From Chrysomallon squamiferum (lineage: Eukaryota; Animalia; Mollusca), in NCBI GenBank assembly GCA_012295275.1, contig CM022679.1, positions 16,430,001-16,494,000 on the forward strand: DNA of 64,000 nt. Reading direction: 5' to 3'. Below are positions 14,401 through 25,332 of the stretch, one piece after another (within the stretch, counting starts at the first letter, position 1; every line of letters begins with the position of its first letter). The notes beneath the pieces were generated by a model that saw only the letters and a program-made list of their open reading frames with translations, made no database searches and was not told where the DNA came from. Position numbers and translations under genes: made by a program.

Positions 14401-16377
14401 ATCAGTAGCTCCAGCTAACTTACTGTCACTCGGTTGTTGAACTGAATTTTCAGGAAGTTCTGTTACCACAAGATCAGGATCAGAATTTGTTTCCAATTTT
14501 CTCTGTGTTTTTTTTTCAGAAATGTCCATTTTTAAATTTAATTTTTTCTTAGAGTTTTGAATTCTAGCACTAGCAGTAACATGAACTTTTGATTTTATGT
14601 GTTTCACTTTGGTCCTTGGTGTGGAAGTATGTTTTTTCTTTATCTTAACATTACTGGAACTGAGATGTTTTATCTTTTCAGAACTTAACAGTACAATATC
14701 GTCACTGATACTTATCACACTAGGTGATGATGACTGTAACAGTTTCTGTGGAGAGATTTCCTTATTCTGATTACTTTGTTTTGAAACAGAAGGCATCTGA
14801 TGAACATCAGCTTGCACAGTAACAGTGCTATGATTTTCTGTCACTTTCTTTTCAGGCTTTTTTGAAAAAAACATTGCAATAGATGGAATATTCTCTTCTT
14901 TTGATTTCACATCTGCATCCTTCACATTTTTTTCTTCAGCACTTTGTGTATTTTGTATTTTCTGTTTGCTGTCATCTTTTAATTCTGTTTTATTAACTGT
15001 GGTTCCATGTTCTGTTATTTTAGAAGTGTTTATTTCTGATGAAGTATCTGAATTACTGCAATAGTCTACAGAAATTAGTGTTTGTAAGTACTCATGATAC
15101 GAGATTTCCACCGGCTTGTTATCTGAAGTCTTCTCATTCAATTCTTTACTTTCTGAATTCTTTTTCTTCTTCTTATGCTTTGGATGACTGTGGTCTGGTG
15201 ATTCAAATTCTAGTTCCAATTTTCTCTTTATGCCAATGTTTGTCAAACACGTGTCATTTTCTTCATTCTTTAAGTGCTCTTTTTTGTTACCACTGTGTTC
15301 TTCTAACAAGTTTACAATTTTATCACTAGCATCTGAATCATCCACTTCTTCATTAGAATTACTTGTCCTTTTTTTCCCCTTTTTGTTCTTATGTTTTGAC
15401 AGAGGTCTGTCAGTTATATTTGTGTCTGCATCATCATCTGCAGCAGTGAATACATTATCTGTCAAGTTGTTTACATCATCAGCATCGTCCTGTTTAATCT
15501 TCTTGTGCTTATGCTTCTTTTTCTTTTTTGACCGACTGACATCACCAACATCTTTTATCACCTCACTGAAAGCACAACAATTTCTATCCTGTGACTGAAT
15601 GAAAACATTTTCAGTATCTTCAGCTTTGTCTAAATCAGCACTACCACACAGTATCCTCTCTTCTTCTAGTGATTCATCAAGCTTCCATTTTTCTTTTTTA
15701 CATTTTTTCTTTTTCTTTAAACTTGACAGTGGGGTATCAATGATAGATTCCTGTAACTCTAAACTAGTATCATCTTCAATAACCTCAACACTGGCATCAG
15801 ATGTTTTACACTGCTTATGTTTTTTCTTTCTGGATGATTTTCTGTTTTGTTTAGAGACACACAGTTCATCATCTTCATTTAGAGAGTTATTTAGTTCAAA
15901 TCTTTCTTTCTCGAAGGTCTGCTTTTCTACAATTTCAAGCAACAGTGAACTGCATTCAGGTTCATGATCAGAACATTCTTGATTTTTAGTGACATCTTTT
16001 CCTGGAGATTTGAAAAAATCCAAAATTGATTTCTGAGGCCCAGCGACACCAACAGCTTGTTGTCCAGTTTTTGAAATCTGGAAGAAATTTTTTTTGGAGT
16101 TAAACATAATTGCTAAGTTTAGGCTTTCAGTTAAAACTCTTTGCTGCTAACATTGTAAATCACTGTCATAATGTCAGACAAGGAATATTTTATGTAATAT
16201 GTATTAACAGTTTGTTAACAGAGGTACAGTATTCATTAATTCAAAGTAGATATTAAAACTGGACAAATATTATTAAGTTACTGTTTTCAAAATATTCCCA
16301 GGTAATAAACAGTAGTCATTTGCCACTAAAATAATGAACTATATCATACTTACATCAGTTATCTTTTCTTCCAACAT
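2317..16377 (-). CDS. ATAD5: ATAD5 / Elg1-like PCNA unloader (AAA+ RFC-like large subunit); 18 coding exons, about 1,890 aa
   Basis: Hand-traced exons, 5'->3': 16354-16377, 13916-16077, 12768-12840, 12296-12617, 11467-11813, 10988-11144, 10273-10500, 9677-9853, 8747-8910, 8218-8362, 7784-8008, 7255-7385, 6674-6834, 6108-6354, 4212-4447, 3184-3839, 2780-2938, 2317-2392. Motifs: RFC box II-like LMWTDRYQP, Walker A GPSGIGKT, IEVNASSSRNG...LQEATQSHQV, Walker B LILFDEVD, GDVRKCMLTLQFW, DYLPALRTI, and C-terminal RRFHHYF. The long Lys-rich N-terminus is typical of animal ATAD5. One frameshift at about 6763-6766 must be corrected for a continuous frame. Confidence 0.93.
2780..2938 (-). CDS. ATAD5: ATAD5 coding exon 17 (DYLPALRTI)
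   Basis: The DYLP-LR-I C-terminal motif is shared with RFC-like large subunits. Donor CG|gttagt. Confidence 0.9.
3184..3839 (-). CDS. ATAD5: ATAD5 coding exon 16
   Basis: Within the 221-aa ORF 3180..3845, with DVLYSNILHFLPFP and YDTMSFVD blocks. Phase 0 to 2. Confidence 0.88.
4212..4447 (-). CDS. ATAD5: ATAD5 coding exon 15
   Basis: Overlaps ORF 4203..4430. Tandem CAGCAG acceptor (exon end 4447 or 4444), donor AAG|gtaaaa. Confidence 0.85.
4565..6034 (-). mobile_element. Tc1-family (DD34E) DNA transposon, full length but inactivated, in ATAD5 intron 14
   Basis: Imperfect TIRs: tactctaacaaaaaagaaacgcaaaagtagatttt on the left and its near reverse complement at about 5998-6034. Flanked by TA on both sides. 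Transposase fragments lie in ORFs 5389..5718, 5315..5545 and 4908..5435 (HTH region, SDE, GGSVMVWA, FQHNNARPH, WPSKSPDLNPIEHL). Confidence 0.93.
4726..5718 (-). pseudogene. Tc1 transposase pseudogene
   Basis: Split over three frames. The second catalytic Asp reads Asn (FQHN), with 34 residues to the Glu of NPIE. A stop replaces the Trp after IEHL and further stops follow. The 3' end is approximate. Confidence 0.88.
6108..6354 (-). CDS. ATAD5: ATAD5 coding exon 14 (ASHLQTLCL...GDVRKCMLTLQFWLDSGG)
   Basis: RFC box VIII / sensor-2-like GDxR motif. Acceptor ttccag, donor AAG|gtatat. Confidence 0.92.
6674..6834 (-). CDS. ATAD5: ATAD5 coding exon 13 (VDIFFEDFDKGFL...K[I]PIILTT...FKCPSL), with an apparent 1-nt deletion
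   Basis: 161 nt lie between two phase-0 junctions, where 162 are needed. The two halves match the expected ATAD5 sequence in different frames. Confidence 0.85.
7255..7385 (-). CDS. ATAD5: ATAD5 coding exon 12 (...TTLILFDE, Walker B)
   Basis: Translated by hand as GTDPKRAKK...LNLSSTTLILFDE. Donor GAG|gtatga. Confidence 0.92.
7784..8008 (-). CDS. ATAD5: ATAD5 coding exon 11 (insert between Walker A and Walker B)
   Basis: Within ORF 7731..8117. Acceptor at 8009 (phase 1) or 8001 (phase 0), donor AAG|gtttgt. Confidence 0.8.
8218..8362 (-). CDS. ATAD5: ATAD5 coding exon 10 (VIEVNASSSRNG...EATQSHQV); 3' boundary uncertain
   Basis: The RFC-family ELNAS-type box and the acceptor at 8363 are clear. 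Three donor sites are possible (see findings). Confidence 0.85.
8747..8910 (-). CDS. ATAD5: ATAD5 coding exon 9 (Walker A GPSGIGKT)
   Basis: Encodes NTLLISGPSGIGKTATVYALAQEVGYK. Acceptor ttacag, donor AAG|gttaga. Confidence 0.95.
9677..9853 (-). CDS. ATAD5: ATAD5 coding exon 8 (LMWTDRYQP, RFC box II-like)
   Basis: WxDxYxP motif followed by IKSWLLQW. Acceptor ctgcag, donor AAG|gtgaga. Confidence 0.92.
10273..10500 (-). CDS. ATAD5: ATAD5 coding exon 7
   Basis: Acceptor ttttttag and donor AAG|gtaata. The 228 nt frame is open (SVPPIEVQAEIEPAPVED...), phase 1 to 1. Confidence 0.8.
10988..11144 (-). CDS. ATAD5: ATAD5 coding exon 6
   Basis: Within ORF 10911..11165. Acceptor ttccag; donor T|gttcgt was chosen because the next exon needs phase 1. 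Confidence 0.75.
11467..11813 (-). CDS. ATAD5: ATAD5 coding exon 5 (KLAPIF...RRAFLMSGIPDELRKQ...ISHIQQ)
   Basis: The FLMSG-P-L and SH-QQ blocks resemble the middle region of vertebrate ATAD5 as I recall it. Splice phases 1 to 0. Confidence 0.9.
12296..12617 (-). CDS. ATAD5: ATAD5 coding exon 4
   Basis: Within ORF 12273..12617. Acceptor ttcacag, donor CAG|gtttg, phase 0 to 1. Confidence 0.85.
12768..12840 (-). CDS. ATAD5: ATAD5 coding exon 3 (CFKISSGEESDFTQVSLKMAKDKK)
   Basis: Acceptor ctctcactag and donor AAG|gtaaaa. The 73 nt length bridges phase 2 to phase 0 with an open frame. Confidence 0.8.
13044..13765 (-). mobile_element. Tigger/pogo-type non-autonomous (internally deleted) DNA transposon in ATAD5 intron 2
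   Basis: TIRs cagtggtaccttgactt (13044) and aagtcaaggtacaactg (ends 13765), with TA on the right and AA on the left. Encodes only a CENP-B/psq-type N-terminal HTH (MSIELKHEITEKHKQGMHVVELARQYKHSTSTICTILKQK) and no DDD domain. Confidence 0.88.
13916..16077 (-). CDS. ATAD5: ATAD5 coding exon 2 (2,162 nt; Lys/Ser/Glu-rich, probably disordered)
   Basis: Lies within the 732-aa ORF 13909..16107. Acceptor ttcttccag and donor AG|gtatt give phase 2, which matches the next exon. Confidence 0.9.
16354..16377 (-). CDS. ATAD5: ATAD5 coding exon 1 (MLEEKITD); the exon extends as 5' UTR to 16441
   Basis: Acceptor gttgtag at 16442, ATG at 16377-16375, and donor GTAAGT at 16353. Phase 0 matches the next exon. 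Confidence 0.75.
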
Positions 16378-17479
16378 TTCTGTTTTTGAAATGAATAGAT
16401 CTCTGGCTGTGAATATAATCACGGCTTGACTGATTTTAACCCTACAACAAACAACAAATATAAATAAACAAATTTGATGTGCGCCATTATGCAATAACAT
16501 TTCATGCTATATATACATAAATAAATCTTGCAAGTGCATGTTTTCACTACTGCAGTTTGCAGCCATTTTGTATTTCTCTACTTGCAGTTAAAAGAGCATA
16601 TAATAATCTGTATTTCTTACATTTGTTTTTCATGTAATATTTTACAGAAGTTATTTGGGAGTGGAGGAAAATTGACAAAATCTGCACCATTAATATCTTT
16701 GTTCAATTATGTTAGGCTTATTTTTAATTTTGACAATTATAATCAACAGCAGACTGCCATCTACCTTCACTGAAAAAAAACAAATGCTTATTTCCGGATT
16801 TGAAATTAATGCTGCTTCCTTCATTTTCAACATATTCATTTGATTTTGGTATCATTTTAAAGGAGTTATCAAACTCTATTCATCTGTGTTTTCAGATTTC
16901 CGGGGTTTGAAAATGTTGTCCACATAGTGACATACCTAATTATTATATTATAGGTAAATCACTAAATGATAATGATGATGGTAACTGTTCAGTTTTTGTA
17001 CATGCAAATTCAGAAATTGGACAATTAAGAGTCTGGGACTAATCATAGAGAGAATATTCTGAACAGTAAACCTTAACCTATATTATACTTTTTAAAGTTT
17101 ATTCAGTACACTCTGTATTAACTATTATATACTAAAGTATAAAATAAAACGACAACGGAACAATTATTTCAATCAGTGAGTGATACTAACTGTGATTACG
17201 ATCAGTTACTTAAAGTTACAGATCTTCCGGTTCTGAAACTTCGAACTAGAAGGTTATCATTATGTTTTGATCAATTATTATTATTGAATTAATCATTTAA
17301 CGAATTATTTAGCCGAGTTGCACCACAAACCTGAACTAAATGCAGTGGCAGTCGTAACATTGCCTGTTATTCCTTTCATTTTACTGACAAACAGGAAATA
17401 ATTATAATACAATGTATAACAATACACGTTTTAATTAACTGATTTGTTTTTAGTTTGTTTTATCCTTTCGGCAAACCAC

Positions 17480-17489
17480 TTGGCGCCAA
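17480..17489. promoter_or_regulatory. Palindromic E2F-type site TTGGCGCCAA upstream of ATAD5
   Basis: Perfect palindrome matching the E2F core, about 1.1 kb 5' of the ATG. It lies where CpGs reappear, and an ETS-like CTTCCGG sits at 17224-17230. Confidence 0.45.
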
Positions 17490-18153
17490 TCTTTATGGTC
17501 GACCTTCACCCTTTTCACTGTTATATTAACAGGCCAAGATTCCATGAGTGTGTATCTGACCTTAAGCCAACAGTGTATGTTAACTGAATAAAAGGTCTGT
17601 GTATTTAATTTTGATTGTCATAAATTATTGATATTTTAAAATATAAAAGTGTCAGTTTTGCACACTAGATCTATTACACCTTGATAGTAAACGTTAAATT
17701 TATTCATTATTTTTCTACGAATTTTTGTTTTACTCCTAATACATATGTAAAAAGTCATATAAACACTATATAAACACACTTTTGCATGTCAAACTTTTAT
17801 CAGCAATCAGTTTTTCAAACGGTGACATAGGTAGCCAAAACAGCAACAACAAAACAAACCTAAAACAATCTAATAAATAAATAAATAAATACAAATCTAG
17901 CTTTGAATTGCTAATTTCAAGATCAAATAACATCGGACTTTTAATTTAATTTAATAAATTTTATCTGTGTTTTCTTATGTAAAATTATATTTTCATATTA
18001 TTATTCTTATATTTTTAAATTTGGTTATTTCTAATAAGCAGTGTTTATTTATAGAAACAGGAAAAGTTAACTCTTGTGACTATCTGATAAATTCTTACAT
18101 GCTCAATCAGATTTGTAACTTTTAATAGCGTAATATAACTTGTTTACCAATAA

Positions 18154-18184
<31 letters not shown>

Positions 18185-18870
18185 AACTAACAAAAAACAA
18201 GAATAACAACAAAAAAAAACATCAATAAAAAAAAAAAAAAAACCAGTTTATTTCAATTCTTAGCAGCTATTTTCTATATTTATTTTTAACATTTTGTTCA
18301 GCTATCATTTATTTATAGAAACGGAAATAGATTGTCAGCGGTTAAGAAAGCGTAATAAGTGTTAATATTTTTGTCGCTTTACGTTAGACGCTGATTTACT
18401 AATTTTAATTAACAAATTAATATTTGTATAAATTTATTCTATTTACAGTTAAGAAGGGGGATACGGAAAAAAGAAGAAAATGTGGACGAATTTATTTCGG
18501 TGTTTTTTTTTTTATTTTTTTTTTTTTTAAATATTTTTATGTTAATATTTATTAGAAACTGGAGTAAACTATCCATTGTAAAGAAAGCGTAACTATTTTG
18601 GATATTAGTATGTTTACGTCACATGCTGATTACTTTAACGATACAAAAATAAGGCTGTTACATGTAAATGCAATGGCGGCGCTAGTGTGTCCTTTATTTA
18701 TTCCAGCTGTATTCAAAGTGTAGCGTAAGCAGAAAAGTTACGTACATTTCGTAATTTGTACTGATTAATGATTTTTAAAATAATTAAAAATAAGTATTAA
18801 AATCTTACTTTAGATGTTAAGTTTTATTTTAAAAATGTATTAAGTTATAGACTGTGCTTTATCATGATCG

Positions 18871-19031
18871 ATGTAGATATAGAACATCGAATAACATAAA
18901 AACACGGGGTATGTATATGTATGTCATAAAGTAATATAGAAGTAGGCAAATTTGAAATGAAAACATACAACCCCTTGTACTCTGGCGACGCCATCTTTTA
19001 AATACAAGTGTTTCCGTTGACGTCCGCATTC

Positions 19032-19114
<83 letters not shown>

Positions 19115-19252
19115 GGCGTCGCTAGAGTACAAGGAGTTGTACTTTTTCCTTCGAAATGTTTTCATTTCAGATTTGCCTACTTCCATATTACTTTATGACA
19201 TACATATACATACCCACGTGTTTTTATGTTATACGATGTTCTATATCTACAT
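18871..19252. repeat. Long inverted repeat (foldback / MITE-like) enclosing a (TA)n(GA)n microsatellite
   Basis: Left arm 18871-18995 is the reverse complement of right arm 19112-19252, apart from scattered mismatches and a ~16 nt insertion in the right arm. Confidence 0.9.
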
Positions 19253-21041
19253 TTTGGTCAAAATGTAGAAACTCTTTCCTTCCTGAACTCTTTTCTGCGA
19301 CGCCCCCCCCCGGTTTCGTCAGAGTGTTCCTTTAGCAGACGTGCTTCACAACAGGTTGCTCTGATTAGCAAGTTCATTTTTCTGCTGGCTGACAATGACG
19401 TTAGTTTCGAGAAACCGGAATGCGGTCCATTATACACTCCATACGCCAACATTTTGAGTTTGTTTTTGAATGTGGAGATGCTTTAGTATTTGAACGGGAC
19501 ACTCAGGTAAGCAACTAAGTAACTAAGTAAGTAAGTAAATAAATAAACAAACAAACAAACAAACAAATAAATAAATAAGTCCAATTAAATTAAATTAATA
19601 AATATTAAAGTTAATTATAATATTTAGGCACTCATTCATTCATTGAACGTTTTAATTTGTTATTTATAAATTACATAATTAGTAATAAACATATCTACTG
19701 GAATGGTATTTATCTGTATTAATATTACTATATATAAGCAATTTTGTAGATGCAATTAGGATTTGGAATCAGAAAGATTCAACCAGTCCATGGCAGTGCT
19801 TTGAAAGTCAGAGTGGTAATTGAAAAATATAGCTCTCTAGTTGATAGAAATATTTGTCTGTTACCTTTAATATCAGTAAATTATGTTGAAAAAAAAAATA
19901 AAGAAAAAAAAGAAAAGAAAAAAAAATAAAGATATTTCTTGAAAAAGCATTATTTTGTACATAGAGGCAAACAGATCCTAGGCAAAACTGTATTTAATAA
20001 CTAACTGCCTTTTATTATACCGTTTTGTAAGAGAAAATATTATTATTTTATTTTCATTATCATCATTAGATTTCTTCATTCAAAACAATTTAAATAATAA
20101 TAATAATAAAATAAAGGATGAAACTGCATTCAGTACTGGCGTGGGTGTCTGTTTTCAACCAAACCAGTTTTCTTTTATTCCACATTTTTTTCGTTGTCGA
20201 CGCTGATAAAGAGGAATGAATATAAAATATTTACACAATCGTTTCTTGCACAGTTTTTCTGAGGTCATATATTTTTCTGACAAACAAATTTCCCAGAGGC
20301 TATACCGAAGTAGAAGTGATTTATTTTGCTGCACTTCTGGGCATTTCGCCACGTCAAAATCACAATGAAGAACTCTCACGGGAGTGATTAGTGACACCCC
20401 CGACTTTCTGACAGGAGCAGTAATAGATCACAATCTACAGCGACTGCGCTTTCTCCTGCTTTTATTGCAGTATGAGAATCACAGATTTATTGACCTAATC
20501 GTTCACAGCTATCACTGCAGTTGACAACAGCTAAATCGGGATGGCTTAATTGAAGGTCGGCTGATCATTTTACCAGCAACCTGACATTAATGAGAAAAGC
20601 CTGAAATATATCAATATTACAAAATAATTAAATCCGCTGTTTTCATATAACAAATGATCCATCTTTATTAAATGGAATCTGTGTATGTGTCGCCTGTGGA
20701 AAGCAATACAGTATAAAAAGAGAGACAATTGTTTAGAAATTAACTAGAATTAAATAAGAACTTAATGGTACAAAATAGAAATCATCAGTAAGGTACATTA
20801 TTAGTTGAAGGGACATAACTGCGACCAGACTAAGACAACTAAGATTTTTTTTTTAAGTATTACAATTTTTTTAACAGCTTGATTCTAAAAACAAAACTGA
20901 CGACAGAGAAAAAGACTATTTCTCTTTTCTTTTACTATTATAATATTTATCTCTAAAGATATAATTTAAGACTTGGAATTAAATTTAACTTCGTTTTGCA
21001 GGTATGAAGTATGCTCCTTAAAAGATAACGCACTCAAAAAC

Positions 21042-21131
<90 letters not shown>

Positions 21132-22622
21132 TGTTCATACGTATGACAAAACAAGGCAATCTAAGACTTTCTCAAAATGTTTGCTATTCGCTAATGGATC
21201 TTGATAACAATTTTTTGGTATCCTAATAACCCCACGTCTGCTGATAGTCGCGATTCACGTCTGCGGTTTTGGGGAAACAGTCAACACCTCTGAAAAAAAA
21301 CGGTAAGTGATAAATTGATACTTCTAATAGAAAGATGAAAGACTAAGAAGTACATCCTGTTCTTTTCTACCTCACACAGTACGATTAATCACACTGAAAC
21401 TTTTGCTACTAACTTACAATTAAAAATAATAATAAAATAATAACTAAGTAAATAAAGAAAAATTATGAAAGAAAGAAAGAAAGGAGAAGGAGATAAAGAA
21501 AAAGGACAGCAACAACACAAAACTAATAATAACATTAAAAAAAAATAATAATAATAAAATGTATCTATCAGATCTGGGTTTCATTTACATAGTTGTTACA
21601 TATACGGGCAACAGTCAGAGAATTACAGCTCTACTTGCTCACGAACATCACTACATTTGATAAACGACGAATAGCGATGTTTTAACTGAAGGTCATATGT
21701 CACGAAACTTAACTTTGTAAGAAGACAGTTCACCAGTTAAACAAGTTATCATACAATCGGATACTGGATACCTGTAAAAAAAATTATTATTATTATTATT
21801 TTTAAAGACAAAAGAAAGAAAAGAAAAAAAAAAGGAAGAAAAGAAAGCAGGATGAGTTGATTTAATGGTGTCATTACTTATCAACAAACTTAATTATTAC
21901 TTTTAAAGTGTACGCTGAAATAATGCCAAGGTTAAATATTATTTAATGTTCAGTATAGAACATATACTGAAAAAATCTGATATTTATTAAGTCCATCCTT
22001 GTTTTCTGTCATAATTAATGAATCCGTTAAAACTGCAGTGCTATTTGGCATAATTTTCAGTGAAACGGAGCGAGTCTCTGTTCATATAAGAGAAAGGAAC
22101 CAAAATGTTTTGTTTTTCCGCATCTCGCCCTCTCTTTCTCTGATTAATTCTTTGTCTGTATCTCACAAGAAATAAATTAAATAAATTTGTTTTTAAGGGA
22201 TAATCATAACTGACAATATTTTTTAGACTAGAACTGACATTTCTGACTGACCCAATAAAATATTTTGCTATTAAATTCCCAGAAGGGTCTACACGTCCCT
22301 CATTAAAAACAAACTGAACCTACGTAATAAATGACCCAGTGTCAAATGTGAGTATCTGCCCACGTTTGTAACAAACGTTGTCTCGTAATCTTCCCGTGGA
22401 CACAGTCTTTGTATAATCAGTATAATAATTACTACACATCAAAAACTTTTAGGCACTTTACAGTCAATAATTCCTGATATCACTGTGTATAATAAAATGC
22501 GGTATTTAACGAACGTGATGTTATTAACAGAAGACGGATATAATGTTTGTAACAGCCGGTAGAGTTTCTAATATATGAAAAGAATGTCGATCTCAAAGAA
22601 GAAGAAAAAACGTAACAAAAAA

Positions 22623-22677
<55 letters not shown>

Positions 22678-23379
22678 CAAAAATTATATAAAAAAAAATA
22701 AAAATAAAAATAAAAATAAAAAAACAAGAACAAAAAATCGGACAAACAAACAAACAAACAAAAAACAACAACAAAAAAACCCCAACAAAACAACAAACTT
22801 ACAAACAAAAAATAGTAGAATATGACAAAAAGGAAATATAAAAGGTTGCATGTGATGTGATCGTAACTCTTTAAGATATTCTAATCATTACAGGTAACAA
22901 ATATTCTGAAAGCAATTTTCCACCATTATAGGTAACAGATATTATGATGAAGGAAACACATGATTAGTAAGGCATCTGTTACGAAATGTAAGCTTTAACT
23001 ATATTGTCTCTGTCTGGACGTAGGGCTTCTATTGCATATATCTGCAAATTCTGGGGGAGCTTTTTTCTCATGTTTAAAATCCAAGATCCACCCTTAGTGT
23101 AGGTTTCGTGCACATGGCTGGAAAACCTTGTTTAATACAAAGGAATATTACAGTTCTAAGTCGATTCTTTACACTAGTTACATCCAGGCTTACGAGAAAG
23201 GAATAAAGTTCTCGTGTTGTGTACATGTGTGTAGAGAGAGTGGAAGATACCAGCAAATACTTCAACCGATTCCTGTATTTACCAGTACTTAAGCTTATTC
23301 CGCTTGTATTGAAGCAACAACAGAAGCAACAACAGAACCAGCAACAAGAACGATAATAAAAAATAAAAATTAAGAAGAG

Positions 23380-23410
<31 letters not shown>

Positions 23411-23617
23411 ATACTTCGTAACACTCAGTGCGTATCAAGAAAATTCTGCTGCAGAAATAAACGACAAATGAAAACGCTCACGGTCCATTAACAAAGTCAA
23501 TTGTGCGTGTAACTTCCAATTCATGTCGACAACAATGTTCTAAAAGCTATTTTTGTTACAATCTTTTAAACTATTTTCTTGCCAGACTATTATTATTATA
23601 TGTATTTAAAGTCAAAA

Positions 23618-23657
<40 letters not shown>

Positions 23658-23899
23658 TACGTCATCGACTGATCAAAGGCTAAGGCAACAAAGCGTTTCA
23701 TCTTAGCGGTTTCAGTTTGCGCAGTCTAAACCATTTGTAACACTGAACATTTTTAATGGCAATAAATACATATATTATATAAGATTATAGTTTAAAAATA
23801 TTTGCAACACAAAAACAAAGAATACAGATTAATTAATCACCTTAATGAAGGGATACCTGTATTAACTTTCAACATTTAAAATATGCATTTTTTTTGTAT

Positions 23900-24133
23900 T
23901 CTTCTTCTTACTGCTATTCCTATTACCACTACTGCAAACGACAAATGAAAATGCTGCTACTACTTCTATTACTACTACTACTTCTGCTGTTGCTACTATT
24001 ACTACTTCTACTACTGCTACTACTACTACTGCTGCTACAACCACTACTACTACTTCTACTACTACTACTACTGCTATAACTGCTATCAGCACTACTACTA
24101 TTTCTACTACTACTACTGCTGCTACTACTACTA
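23900..24133. repeat. Degenerate (ACT/GCT)n tract
   Basis: Visible directly in the sequence. Confidence 0.92.
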
Positions 24134-25295
24134 ATCTGTTGCTGAATTCATAATTCGAAATTTTCCAATATTAATTTCAGGTGAAAAAAGATAAAACTGT
24201 CGATCTACAAAAAGATATGTAAATTCATAAAAACAAATTTTTTATTATTATTTTTATTTTTATTATTTTTTTAATATAAATTATCTTCGTCTCAGGGATA
24301 GTCGGCTTTGCTAATTAGTTGTTGACATCGTCGTAGCTGGTGTTGCGTTAATTTAGAAATAATATTAATGACCAATGAAGTGAATAGGACATTTGGTGCG
24401 GATACATGCCAAAATTAGATTTATCAATTATTACTTTTGTCTAAAAATGTCTAAATCTAGCAGAACATCGATAAAATATCTATCTGAAATCATTTACTTA
24501 ACGCCAACCACGGAAATGAAATGTTGTTGCAAAACATGGACAACGGCAACATTACACCTCAGAACCTTTGACAGAGATGAAAGCACTATGCAACCCCAGA
24601 CACAGACATGCACAGAGGCTGGGTTGTCTATCCAGGAAATTAAAACATTGTTTACAGTAATGTTTCACACGAAATACTGTCAGTAATGAGAATGGTGGGC
24701 GGAAAGCATTAAATCCATCACGAATCGACAAGGTTATGTCTTATCGTAGGAAAAATAAAAAAATGTCCATCATCATCAAATAACTAATTAGTTAATTAGC
24801 TGGATGCATATGGAAAGATAATAAATAAATAATAAAAACGCGTCAAAAACGACGTATGTTCGTCTAGCCAATATATTTCTCTGTTACAGATGTTTGACAA
24901 TTAACACTGTCACCGTTGTGAAGTTGAAAAATATTAACTCTGACCTAAGATTAAAAATGTATCGACGATGCTTTGTTAAAGTAGGAATTTTATCATGGTT
25001 ACTGCTGCCTAAGCTAGATAATGGAAATACGAGAAAAAACCATTTAATAACAACTATGAAAGACGACAAGAAATAAATATTTAAAATAAACGTGAACACT
25101 GTATGATATAGAGTAAATGATAACGTTGTGGTAATCAGGCCCTGGTCTCGGATTTATTACATGGGTGGAGCTGGCAATCCCGATCACTGGAGATTTATCA
25201 GTTTAAAAAAGTGTGACGCTAAAATGTGAATTATTTTGTGAACACATAAGTTTAGACGTTCTAACAAATATACTGCTCCTATTGGCTTTTAATTT

Positions 25296-25332
<37 letters not shown>

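Noticed and set aside
14006-15967. Plus-strand ORFs overlapping ATAD5 exon 2, and similar ones opposite other exons
   Set aside because: They are antisense shadows of the Lys/Glu-rich coding strand.
20190-20202. ttcgttgtcgacg, resembling the 5' part of miR-981/miR-76 as I recall it
   Set aside because: The match stops after about 13 nt and I see no precursor hairpin.
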